From: an uncultured Bacillales bacterium
GTDB lineage: Bacteria; Bacillota_I; Bacilli_A; RF39; UBA660
DNA: 64,000 nucleotides
Reading direction: 5' to 3'
Assembly (NCBI GenBank): GCA_905206805.1
Contig: CAJLIR010000006.1
Coordinates: 2,999 to 66,998 of the forward strand
Shown here: positions 39,801-48,152 of the stretch, in pieces
Position numbering within the stretch: the first letter of the stretch is position 1
Layout: each line of letters opens with the position of its first letter
Program-made: the position numbers and the translations under genes
The notes under the pieces: generated by a model
Database searches by the model: none
Told to the model about the DNA's origin: nothing
What the model saw: the letters and a program-made list of their open reading frames with translations, nothing else

Positions 39801-42426
39801 AGAAAAGAATAATGATGCAACATTAGATAGTCTAACAGTTAGTAAAGGAACATTAACTCCAGCATTTAACAAAAACACATTAAATTATACAGTAAATGTA
39901 GAAAATGATGTTACAAGTATAGAGGTTTCAGCTACAGCAACAGATTCAAATGCTACAGTAACTGGTACAGGAACTAAACAATTAAATACAGGAGATAATA
40001 CAGTTACAATAAAAGTAACAAGTGAATCTGGATCAGAAAATACTTACACAATAAATGTAATAAGAGCAAAGAGTTCTAATAATTACTTAAGCGATTTAAA
40101 AGTAAATGGGCAAACAGTAATTGATTTTAATAAAGAAAAATTAGAATATACATTGGATGATGTAAAAGGTGATGTTTCAAGTATAGAAGTTTCAGCTACA
40201 GCCGAAGATACAAAAGCAAGTGTAGTAGGAACTGAAAATAAATCACTAAGTATTGGTGATAATAGTATAGAAGTAGTTGTAACAGCAGAAGATGGATCAA
40301 CTAAAATTTATACAATAAAAGTTAAGAAGTTATCAAATGATATAGCACTTAAATCATTAACTGTAACAAGTAACCCTATGGGAACATTAACTCCAAGTTT
40401 TGCAAGTACAACTTATGCTTATACATATAATTATGATGCAACAGTAACAAGTTTAAATGTTACAGCAACAACAAATAATACAAATGCAAAAGTAGGAATT
40501 ATTGATAGTGATTCAAGTGATATTATGACAAGTACAATCGGAAGTGCAGCAAAAACATTTAATTCATCTACAAAAAATGTAAAAGTAACGGTAACAGCTG
40601 AAGATGGTACAACAAAAGACTATACAATCGTTTTATCAAGAGCTTTATCAAATAATAGTTATTTAAAAGATATAAGTATTGATGGAACTAATATTGATGG
40701 ATTTAATAAAGAAAATTTTGAATATAATATAAAAGTTTCAAGAGAAACAGATAGTATTAATATATCTGCAATTTTAGATGATGAAAAGGCAACTTTAACT
40801 ACAGATTTATCTAATAAATTTAGTTTAAATCTAGGAACTAATAAAATAAATATTGTAGTAACGGCAGAAAATGGTGATACAAGCACTTATGTATTAAATA
40901 TTGAAAGAGAAAAGAATAATGATGCAACATTAGATAGTCTAACAGTTAGTAAAGGAACATTAACTCCAGCATTTAACAAAAACACATTAAATTATACAGT
41001 AAATGTAGAAAATGATGTTACAAGTATAGAGGTTTCAGCTACAGCAACAGATTCAAATGCTACAGTAACTGGTACAGGAACTAAACAATTAAATACAGGA
41101 GATAATACAGTTACAATAAAAGTAACAAGTGAATCTGGATCAGAAAATACTTACACAATAAATGTAATAAGAGCAAAGAGTTCTAATAATAATTTAACAG
41201 ATATTAAAGTAGATGGTAATAGTATTGAAAACTTTAGTTCAAATACTTTAAAATATAATTTACCAAAGGTAAGCTATAATAGAACAAGTATAAATGTAGA
41301 AGCTATATTATCAGATTCAAAAGCTAGCGTAACCGGGGTTGGTAATGTTTCATTAAATACTGGTGATAACAAAATAGAAATAATTGTAACTGCCGAAGAT
41401 GGAACCGCTAAAACTTATGAATTAAATATTGAAAGAAAAAAAAATAATAATGCTAAATTACAAAGTTTAAGTATTGGCAATTATACATTAACTCCAGCAT
41501 TTAATAAAGATACTTTAGAATATACTGTAACAGTAGGTGAAGATGTAAATATTTTAAATCAAGATGATGTAATTGCAATCCCAGAAGATAATAATGCAAC
41601 AGTTGTAAAACAAGGTAATTTAGAGTTATCTACAACATCTGATAATTATTATAGAGTAACAGTAACAGCTGAAAATGGTGTTGATAAAAATGTTTATGCT
41701 ATTAAAGTAATTCGTCCAAAATCAAGTGATGCTACTTTAAAATCATTAGAAATAATTGGTGGAAAATTGACTCCAACATTTAATAAAGATACTTTAGAAT
41801 ATAATGTTACAATGGGTAAAGATGTTACTAAATTTAATAAAGATAATATAAAAGTATCAATAAATAATGGTAATGCTAAAATTAGTTATAACAATGAAAT
41901 AATAATTAATAGTGATACATTTACTAAGTATATAATTACAGTAACAGCTGAAAATGGTTCTAAAAAGGAATATATCTTAAATGTAAAAGTTGATACAGAA
42001 TTGGATAAAATCACATCTAGCAGTCATACAATTAATGATGAATATATTAAAACAGTAAGATTATATGAAACAGGTAGAGAATTAAAGGATGAGTTGGATA
42101 ATGATAATGCTTATCTTGAAATTTGGACATCTGATGAATCAAGAAAAGTTGAAGATGATGAAAAATTATCAACTGGAATGATTGTAAAATTAGTTATTAA
42201 TGGTGTTTTAAAAGATAGAAAAATCATTGTTATTAGGGGAGATACATCTGGTGATGGTGAAATAGATTTGTTAGATGCTGTTAAAATATTAAATAATGCA
42301 TTGCAAAAAGCAATGTTAGATGGAGCTTATAAAGAAGCAGCATTTGTAAATAATGATGATGAAATTGACTTATTGGATGCAGTTATGATTTTAAATCATT
42401 GTTTACAAAAACAACCTTTATATTAG
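36871..42426 (+). CDS. giant secreted surface protein (1851 aa): signal peptide, N-terminal cohesin-like domain, about 16 cadherin-like beta-sandwich domains, C-terminal dockerin-like module
   Basis: N-terminal region (aa about 35-215) shows the cohesin-like pattern (KVYKLSIYYIPG..EVGMQMGIKYNNLLIEP ... GEIASVYFKVKDTVTSGTNIIFEYDD). Repeated cadherin-like domains. C-terminal GDTSGDGEIDLLDAVKILN...NNDDEIDLLDAVMILNHCL is a dockerin-like duplicated segment. Confidence 0.85.
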   Translation: MKMKLVKKNNFFLLFIIMLFSFGFNVISVNAEGEHQFSLKVYDWNAFDNDWEGSGTGEEISNNGTIEPGKVYKLSIYYIPGTITEVGMQMGIKYNNLLIEPMYADGELYTETDMSTTYQGGIWPASGTTPSAKKKTNWQVLSNDASDESMFTFMATDTTTSNALETEGEIASVYFKVKDTVTSGTNIIFEYDDEYTALNNDRPKVTSGINLTVQTALSSNSALHTLSVTNSETTYNLTPTFTADDNTIKEYSTVVPSSVTSVDLSATATDSNASVLSGGLGIKELNIGNNDFNIVVTAGDGSITTYKVSVYRLNDDATLKSLDLTNNVNIGEFNSATTEYEASVPYATKNTVVSATTTDQNASIKSGTGSFEFTNCGTTPNTKEIIVNAENCKEEYASVPNNACTTKTYTVTVNRENPSNNNYLSNLKVNGQTVTDFNKEKLEYTLDDVKGDVSSIEVSATAEDTKASVVGTENKSLSIGDNSIEVVVTAEDGSTKIYTIKVKKLSNDIALKSLTVTSNPMGTLTPSFASTTYAYTYNYDATVTSLNVTATTNNTNAKVGIIDSDSSDIMTSTIGSAAKTFNSSTKNVKVTVTAEDGTTKDYTIVLSRDKSTDATLDSLTVSEGTLTPTFNKNTLNYTVNVDNDVTSIDVNATSTDSNATVTGTGTKQLNTGNNLINIVVKSESGTENTYTINVIRAKSSNNYLSDLKVNGQTVTDFNKEKLEYTLDDVKGDVSSIEVSATAEDTKASVVGTENKSLSIGDNSIEVVVTAEDGSTKIYTIKVKKLSNDIALKSLTVTSNPMGTLTPSFASTTYAYTYNYDATVTSLNVTATTNNTNAKVGIIDSDSSDIMTSTIGSAAKTFNSSTKNVKVTVTAEDGTTKDYTIVLSRALSNNSYLKDISIDGTNIDGFNKENFEYNIKVSRETDSINISAILDDEKATLTTDLSNKFSLNLGTNKINIVVTAENGDTSTYVLNIEREKNNDATLDSLTVSKGTLTPAFNKNTLNYTVNVENDVTSIEVSATATDSNATVTGTGTKQLNTGDNTVTIKVTSESGSENTYTINVIRAKSSNNYLSDLKVNGQTVIDFNKEKLEYTLDDVKGDVSSIEVSATAEDTKASVVGTENKSLSIGDNSIEVVVTAEDGSTKIYTIKVKKLSNDIALKSLTVTSNPMGTLTPSFASTTYAYTYNYDATVTSLNVTATTNNTNAKVGIIDSDSSDIMTSTIGSAAKTFNSSTKNVKVTVTAEDGTTKDYTIVLSRALSNNSYLKDISIDGTNIDGFNKENFEYNIKVSRETDSINISAILDDEKATLTTDLSNKFSLNLGTNKINIVVTAENGDTSTYVLNIEREKNNDATLDSLTVSKGTLTPAFNKNTLNYTVNVENDVTSIEVSATATDSNATVTGTGTKQLNTGDNTVTIKVTSESGSENTYTINVIRAKSSNNNLTDIKVDGNSIENFSSNTLKYNLPKVSYNRTSINVEAILSDSKASVTGVGNVSLNTGDNKIEIIVTAEDGTAKTYELNIERKKNNNAKLQSLSIGNYTLTPAFNKDTLEYTVTVGEDVNILNQDDVIAIPEDNNATVVKQGNLELSTTSDNYYRVTVTAENGVDKNVYAIKVIRPKSSDATLKSLEIIGGKLTPTFNKDTLEYNVTMGKDVTKFNKDNIKVSINNGNAKISYNNEIIINSDTFTKYIITVTAENGSKKEYILNVKVDTELDKITSSSHTINDEYIKTVRLYETGRELKDELDNDNAYLEIWTSDESRKVEDDEKLSTGMIVKLVINGVLKDRKIIVIRGDTSGDGEIDLLDAVKILNNALQKAMLDGAYKEAAFVNNDDEIDLLDAVMILNHCLQKQPLY
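38135..38975. repeat. first, partial copy of the intragenic tandem repeat (A+B units, about 840 bp)
   Basis: The 560-bp A unit (aataattatttaagtaatttaaaagtaaatggacaaacag...ttatcaagag) recurs almost identically at 38975 and 40082. Confidence 0.8.
38975..41188. repeat. two near-identical 1107-bp tandem repeat units inside the 1851-aa gene (each encodes about 4 cadherin-like domains)
   Basis: Identical 228-bp stretches, shown by identical reverse-strand ORFs at 39552-39779 and 40659-40886 (offset 1107 bp); only a few SNPs between units. Confidence 0.85.
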
Positions 42427-42435
42427 GAGGCAATT

Positions 42436-44550
42436 ATGAAAAAATTTAAAAATTTAAACTTGTTTATAGTATCTGGCTTTATATTTCTATTTTCTATCTT
42501 TTTTATAACTCCAGTATATGCTTTAGGAAGTGCTACAGTAGGTTTTAGTGGCAATTCTACTGTTAGTGTAGGTAGTAATATAACAGTACAATTATATGTA
42601 TCAAATGTTAATGATGCAAATGGTGGTGTTGCAAGTTTTGAAGGAAATCTTTCTTTTGATTCTGATTATTTGGAATATGTATCAGGATCTGGTGCAACAA
42701 CTCCTTATTTGTTTCAAATAAATACAGCTGCAAATTATAAAATTGCAGCTCTTGATACATCTTTAAGTAATGGCATTAAAAGTAGTAGTTCGACTAACGT
42801 TTTTACCTTTGTATTTAAAGCAAAAAAAGAAGGCTCAACAACTGTTAGTATTACAAATTTAAAATTGACTAATAGCAGTGAGAGAATGACTGGTAATGTT
42901 AGCCCAAAAACAATTACGATAAATACTCCTGCACCAGTTACAAAATCAAGTGATGCAACACTTAAAAGTTTATCAGCAACAGGCTATACATTAAGTCCTG
43001 AATTTAATAAAGATATTACATCTTATAAGATTAAAGTTCCAGCAACTGCTACAACAGTTAGTTTACAAGGAAGTGCTAATCATAGTAAGGCAACAGTATC
43101 AGGACTTGGTAATATAAATTTAACTGGTGATACAACTGTTGCAACAATAAAAGTAACAGCCGAAGATGGAACGGTAAAAAATTATACAGTAACAATTGAA
43201 AAAGAAAAAACTACTCCTGTTACAAAGAGTAATGATGCAACACTTAAAAGTTTGGATGTTAGTGGATTTACTTTAAATCCAACTTTTAAAAGTAATGTAA
43301 ATACTTATTCTATTAGGGTTAATAATAATATAACTGGTTTAAAAGTTACTGCTATTGCTAATAGTGATAAAGCTAGTGTTTCTATATCTGGAAATAGTGA
43401 TTGGGAAGAAGGAAACAATATAATTACAATAAAAGTAACAGCAGAAGATGGAACAGTTAATAATTATATTGTTAATGTTAATAGAGCTTCACTAAATACA
43501 ACAAAAGCTATAAATAAATCGAGTGACAATTATTTAAAGAGTTTAATCATTCAATCATCACACGAAATGAAACCTATTTTTGATAAGAATTTAACTAATT
43601 ATAATATTACAGTACCTTATGAGGTTAGCAAACTTGATTTAACTGCTACTAGTAATGACTCTAAAGCAAAAGTTGAAATAATAGGTAATAGTAGTTTTAG
43701 TGTTGAAAAAGTAAATCTTGTTGAAGTTAAAGTAACTGCTGAGGATGGAAGTATTCGTATTTATTCTTTAAACGTTACTCGTAGTACAACTTCTAGTAAA
43801 ACTGATTTAAAAGATTTAGTAATAGATAATGTTAATTTAAGTCCAAAATTTGATTCAAATATTTTAGATTATACTGCTAATGTTGATGCTAAAACTGATA
43901 AATTAAATATTAGATATACAACTAGTAATAGTGATAGTAAAGTCGAAATAATTGGTAATGATAATTTAAAAGAAGGAAATAATACTGTTTTAATAAAAGT
44001 AACTGATAAGGAAGGCTTTACTAAGTATTATTCGATAAATGTTGTAAAAGAAAAATCAGGTAGTACTATTTTAGGTCTTAAACCACTTCATTTTGTACTT
44101 CTATTCTTTATAATACTTCTTTTAATTGCGATAATTATTATTTTATTAATAAAAAGAAAAAAAGATGAGAACAAAAAATTGGAAGAAAAGAAGTTAATGC
44201 AAACGCAACCAATAATTGAAGTAAAACCAGAATTTAATTTTAATTCAAAGAATTCTTCTGATGATGATGTTGTACACGGAAATATGAGTCAAAATAGTGG
44301 TACTATAGGGACAAATCCAGAAAAGAAACAAATTTTTGATGCTAGTTATGAAAATAAAATTCCTTATGACCCTTATGATGAAACAGTTACTAAACAAGAA
44401 TTAATTGATGCAATTCACGAAGCATCAGAAAAAAAGGATGTGTCTAAACTTCAAATGTTGTTGAGGCAAGAAGAGTTAAATAAGATGAAAAAAGAATTAA
44501 AGGAAAAAGAGGATTTAGAACAAAAAGAGGAAGATGAAAAATGGTGGTAA
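42436..44550 (+). CDS. membrane-anchored cohesin protein (704 aa): signal peptide, cohesin domain, 4 cadherin-like domains, TM helix, charged cytoplasmic tail of about 130 aa
   Basis: N-terminal SATVGFSGNSTVSVGSNITVQLYVSNVNDANGGVASFEGNLSFDSDYLEYVSGSG...VFTFVFKAKKEGSTTVSITNLKLTN matches the cohesin fold pattern. TM LHFVLLFFIILLLIAIIIILLI followed by a KRKK stop-transfer. RBS TAGGAGG 10 nt after the upstream gene's stop. Confidence 0.8.
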   Translation: MKKFKNLNLFIVSGFIFLFSIFFITPVYALGSATVGFSGNSTVSVGSNITVQLYVSNVNDANGGVASFEGNLSFDSDYLEYVSGSGATTPYLFQINTAANYKIAALDTSLSNGIKSSSSTNVFTFVFKAKKEGSTTVSITNLKLTNSSERMTGNVSPKTITINTPAPVTKSSDATLKSLSATGYTLSPEFNKDITSYKIKVPATATTVSLQGSANHSKATVSGLGNINLTGDTTVATIKVTAEDGTVKNYTVTIEKEKTTPVTKSNDATLKSLDVSGFTLNPTFKSNVNTYSIRVNNNITGLKVTAIANSDKASVSISGNSDWEEGNNIITIKVTAEDGTVNNYIVNVNRASLNTTKAINKSSDNYLKSLIIQSSHEMKPIFDKNLTNYNITVPYEVSKLDLTATSNDSKAKVEIIGNSSFSVEKVNLVEVKVTAEDGSIRIYSLNVTRSTTSSKTDLKDLVIDNVNLSPKFDSNILDYTANVDAKTDKLNIRYTTSNSDSKVEIIGNDNLKEGNNTVLIKVTDKEGFTKYYSINVVKEKSGSTILGLKPLHFVLLFFIILLLIAIIIILLIKRKKDENKKLEEKKLMQTQPIIEVKPEFNFNSKNSSDDDVVHGNMSQNSGTIGTNPEKKQIFDASYENKIPYDPYDETVTKQELIDAIHEASEKKDVSKLQMLLRQEELNKMKKELKEKEDLEQKEEDEKWW

Positions 44551-46241
44551 AAAATATATTAAATAAGAATATTAAATTATTTCTATTTTCTATTCTTTCT
44601 TTTTGTTTTCTTTTATTTCCATTTATAGCTAAAGCTGATGGAAGTGTGTCATCTGGCTTTAGTGGAAATGATAGTGTTTATGTCGGAAATACTATTGATG
44701 TAACTCTTTATGTAAATGAAAGTGGTAGTGCTTCAGGTATTATGGCAATACAAGGAAGTTTGTCGTATGATAGTAGTAAATTAACGCTTTTAAATTCAGT
44801 TTCATTAGCGCCATATCAAATTCAAATAAATGGTAATAGTATTGCCGGGATGGATACTAGTGGTTCCAGAACAATCAGAGGTTATTCAAATATAATGAAA
44901 TTTACATTTAAAGCAAATTCACTAGGAAGTGCTACAGTAAGTTTTAATGGAGCTAAATATATTGATGGCAACAATTCTTATATTAACGGTGGTGGATGTA
45001 GTAGAACAATAAATATTGTAAATCCTCCTAGTTCAAATAATAATTTAAGTAGTTTGACAGTTAGTAGTGGAAATATCAATTTTGATAAAAATAATACTAA
45101 CTATAATATAAGTGTTGATTCAAATGTAACAAGTATAAATATTGGTGCAACTGCAGAAGATGGGGGAGCTAGTGTATCAGGAACTGGAACTAAAAATTTA
45201 GGATACGGTAATAATTCTTTTGGTATTACTGTAACAGCTCCAAGTGGTGCTACAAAAACATATACAGTAAATGTTAATCGTAAAGATGATAGAAGTAGTA
45301 ATAATAAACTTTCTAGTTTAAGTGTAAATGATGGTGAAATTAATCCTAGTTTTAATGCAGATAATGAGTCTTATGATGTATCAGTTCCATTTAGTGTAGA
45401 TAATTTAAGAATAAATGCTAAAGCACAAGATGGTAAATCAAGAATTGATATTTCTGATACTTCTTTAATTGCTGAGGAAACAAAGGATATATATATAACG
45501 GTAACAGCAGAAAATGGAGCTAAAAAAATCTATACAATTCATGCTACCCGTGGTAAAGATCCGAATAAAGTTCTTTCAACGAATAATTTTTTAGAAAGTT
45601 TAACTGTAAGTTCAGGTGTACTTAGTCCAATTTTTAATAAAGAACAGGATAAATATATCATTTATCTTCCTTATGAAGTTGATTCAATTGATATAACAGG
45701 TATTGTAGAGGATAAAAGGTATGCAACTATAAAAAAAGATGGACCAGAAAAATTAAGTGTTGGAAATAATACTTATACTTTATCTGTAACATCAGAAGAT
45801 AACTCAGTTAGAACATATACAATAATTGTATCAAGAGGAATAAGTATGACTGAGGAAACATTGAGTTCTAATATTTATTTAAAAAGTATTAAATTAAAAA
45901 AAGGTTCATTAAAAGAATCATTTGACAAAGAAATATTTGATTATACTTATACTGGTAGTGAAGTAGAAGCAATTCCTGAAGATGAAAATAGTACGGTGAC
46001 GGTTATAAATCGTAATAATAAAATAATTATTATGGTAAAATCTCCTTCAGGAAGTATTGGTATTTATACATTAACTCCATATAAGTCAAATTTAATTAAT
46101 ATTATTATTTATATAATTTTATCTTTAACAAATATAGTAGGTGGAGTAGGATTTTATATAATATATAAAAAAAATAAAAAGAACAATTCTAAAGTAAAAA
46201 AACAAGATAAAGAGAGAATAACAGTAGATAATAAAAACTAG
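44541..46241 (+). CDS. membrane-anchored cohesin protein (566 aa): signal peptide, cohesin domain, about 4 cadherin-like domains, C-terminal TM anchor
   Basis: SVSSGFSGNDSVYVGNTIDVTLYVNESGSASGIMAIQGSLSYDSSKLTLLNSVS...IMKFTFKANSLGSATVSFNG matches the cohesin pattern. C-terminal TM IIIYIILSLTNIVGGVGFYIIY followed by KKNKKNN. Overlaps the upstream gene by 10 nt (operon). Confidence 0.8.
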   Translation: MVVKNILNKNIKLFLFSILSFCFLLFPFIAKADGSVSSGFSGNDSVYVGNTIDVTLYVNESGSASGIMAIQGSLSYDSSKLTLLNSVSLAPYQIQINGNSIAGMDTSGSRTIRGYSNIMKFTFKANSLGSATVSFNGAKYIDGNNSYINGGGCSRTINIVNPPSSNNNLSSLTVSSGNINFDKNNTNYNISVDSNVTSINIGATAEDGGASVSGTGTKNLGYGNNSFGITVTAPSGATKTYTVNVNRKDDRSSNNKLSSLSVNDGEINPSFNADNESYDVSVPFSVDNLRINAKAQDGKSRIDISDTSLIAEETKDIYITVTAENGAKKIYTIHATRGKDPNKVLSTNNFLESLTVSSGVLSPIFNKEQDKYIIYLPYEVDSIDITGIVEDKRYATIKKDGPEKLSVGNNTYTLSVTSEDNSVRTYTIIVSRGISMTEETLSSNIYLKSIKLKKGSLKESFDKEIFDYTYTGSEVEAIPEDENSTVTVINRNNKIIIMVKSPSGSIGIYTLTPYKSNLINIIIYIILSLTNIVGGVGFYIIYKKNKKNNSKVKKQDKERITVDNKN

Positions 46242-46332
46242 TTAAAGTAGATTATTCTACTTTTTTCTTTAATCAATAGATTGATATATATTTAAATGTT
46301 ATGATACAATGTAAGTGTGAGGTAAATAAAGT

Positions 46333-46779
46333 ATGGGTAGTGTTTTGAAAAAATTAGATAAAAAGGTTTATATTTTAATATTTGCTATTATTTTAATATT
46401 GGTTATTGCCTTTTTTATAATAAAAAATATTAATAGAAAAGAAATAAGTGAAGAAGAAAGATTATCAAATTTATTAATAAAAATGAGTAGTGAATTTTAT
46501 GAAAATTTTTATTATGATCAAATAGGCAGTACAGAAGAAGATAGAATTAATTTTGTAAAAAAATACGAAACTATTGGTATAAAGTTTAATCTTGATAATT
46601 TATCAAGATATAATTTTGATGAAAATAATGAATTAATTAAAGAGTTTATTAATTCAAATACTAATCTAGAATGTAATAGAGTTAATACAAAAGCAATTAT
46701 TTATCCAGTAGAACCATATTCAAAGAAATCATATAATATAAAAATAGAATTAGATTGTAGTCTTGATAATAATAAATAA
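46333..46779 (+). CDS. small secreted / membrane-anchored protein; paralogue of 26933-27355
   Basis: N-terminal TM; conserved core SEFYENFYYD...KYETIGIKFNLDNLSRY...TKAIIYP...C...C. Confidence 0.55.
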   Translation: MGSVLKKLDKKVYILIFAIILILVIAFFIIKNINRKEISEEERLSNLLIKMSSEFYENFYYDQIGSTEEDRINFVKKYETIGIKFNLDNLSRYNFDENNELIKEFINSNTNLECNRVNTKAIIYPVEPYSKKSYNIKIELDCSLDNNK

Positions 46780-46845
46780 TTATAATTTTTGACAAATATA
46801 TTCATATATATACAAATTTTTCATAATTTTTAATAGAGGTGGATT

Positions 46846-47268
46846 ATGAAAAAAATATTATGTATTATATTATGCTTTTGTATGTTTTTACCATTTTCAA
46901 TAAAGGCTGATGAAGTTGATTTAGCACCTAATGCAGGAAGTGCAGTTTTAATGGAATTTGAAACAGGTGAAATAATTTTTGAAAAAAATTCTCACGAGAA
47001 ATTGCACCCAGCATCAATGACAAAAATTATGTCTATGTTAATAATTATGGAACATATTGATAAAGGTTTAATTGGTTGGGATGATGTAGTAACAGCAAGT
47101 GAGAATGCATCTGGTATGGGAGGCTCACAAATTTTACTTGAAACTGGCGAAAAAATGAAAGTTAGTGATTTATTTAAGGGAATTGCGGTTGCAAGCGGAA
47201 ATGATGTGGTGGTAGCCAAAAAGCAGTCGCTAGTTATAGGAGAAGAAATAATAATAGAACAACATTAA
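46846..47268 (+). pseudogene. truncated 5' duplicate of the D-Ala-D-Ala carboxypeptidase gene (first about 116 codons), ending in unrelated junction sequence
   Basis: 46795-47196 is about 99% identical to 48978-49388 (promoter, RBS and 5' coding region of the gene at 49028). It diverges after GIAVASGND into a short tail that recurs at 57473-57545. Confidence 0.65.
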
Positions 47269-47300
47269 GACCTTATATTTTAAAGTATTACTATAATTTG
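47183..47300. repeat. imperfect direct repeat, about 118 bp, copy 1 (dacF-derived 20 bp plus junction tail)
   Basis: About 88% identical to 57473-57590 (ttgcaag(c/t)ggaaatgatgtgg(t/c)ggta(g/a)ccaaaaagcagtcgctagtta...aataataata...accttat.ttttaaagtatta). Confidence 0.7.
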
Positions 47301-47343
47301 TATATATAGGCAAATTATTTGACTTTTTTTTGGAGGTGGTAAA

Positions 47344-48069
47344 ATGTCAGTGTTTAAGATTGAAAAGACAAAAGATTATACCGTTATGTCAAATTATCAT
47401 TTAAGAGATAAAAATTTAAGTTATAAAGCAAAAGGTTTATTGTCGTTTATGTTATCATTACCAGATGACTGGGATTATTCTTTAAATGGTTTATGTTCGA
47501 TTAGCAAAGAAAGTAGGGATGGAATAAGATCCATACTTAGAGAGTTGCAAGAACATCATTATGTAGAAATAGAAAAAGTAAGAGGAGATAAAGGATATTT
47601 TGAATATAACTATTTAATATATGAAATGCCACATTGGATTTGTTTGGAAAATGAGAAAAATAATCCAGATATGGAAATTCCACACCTGGATATTCCAAAT
47701 GTGGAAAATACTACACAAATAAATACTAATAAACAAATAGAAAAAGATGATAAAACAAAAATATCATCTTTTTTTGTTGCAGAAGAACACAATCTATTAA
47801 CATTGGAGTTAATAGATAGAGGTTACTTAACTGAAAATGATATGCAAATTTTTTATTATGATAATTTATTTGAACAATTATTAAAGGGAGAAAATTCATA
47901 TAAAGACTTAATTCAAATAATACACTATATAGTTCCAAGAGTGATTAATCGAAATTTTAAAGATGAAGATGGGAATGTTATTGTTAATAAATTTGGATAT
48001 TTCAAAAATGCTATTATAGATAATATAAATAAGTTAAATAAAAGAAATGAAAGCTTATGGGAATTATAA
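47344..48069 (+). CDS. RepA_N-like replication initiator / replisome-organizer protein of plasmid or phage origin
   Basis: N-terminal region YTVMSNYHLRDKNLSYKAKGLLSFMLSLPDDWDYSLNGLCSISKESRDGIRSILRELQEHHYVEIEKVRGDKGYFEYNYLIYEMP matches the Firmicutes RepA_N winged-helix pattern. Confidence 0.55.
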   Translation: MSVFKIEKTKDYTVMSNYHLRDKNLSYKAKGLLSFMLSLPDDWDYSLNGLCSISKESRDGIRSILRELQEHHYVEIEKVRGDKGYFEYNYLIYEMPHWICLENEKNNPDMEIPHLDIPNVENTTQINTNKQIEKDDKTKISSFFVAEEHNLLTLELIDRGYLTENDMQIFYYDNLFEQLLKGENSYKDLIQIIHYIVPRVINRNFKDEDGNVIVNKFGYFKNAIIDNINKLNKRNESLWEL

Positions 48070-48152
48070 ACTTAAAGCAAATTTAGAAAAAGTTTATTAT
48101 AAATTCATATTATATATGATATAATTATATTGAATTGTTATGGAGGATATAA

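Noticed and set aside
39552-40886. Two identical 75-aa minus-strand ORFs (39552-39779 and 40659-40886)
   Set aside because: They are antisense artefacts of the near-identical 1107-bp tandem repeat inside the 1851-aa gene. I used them only as evidence of the repeat, not as genes.
27428-46241. Interpretation of the cohesin-dockerin locus as a cellulosome
   Set aside because: None of the four proteins contains a glycoside-hydrolase, CBM or SLH module. The cargo is cadherin-like and Gly-rich domains, and anchoring is by TM helices. This is a non-cellulosomal use of the cohesin-dockerin pair.
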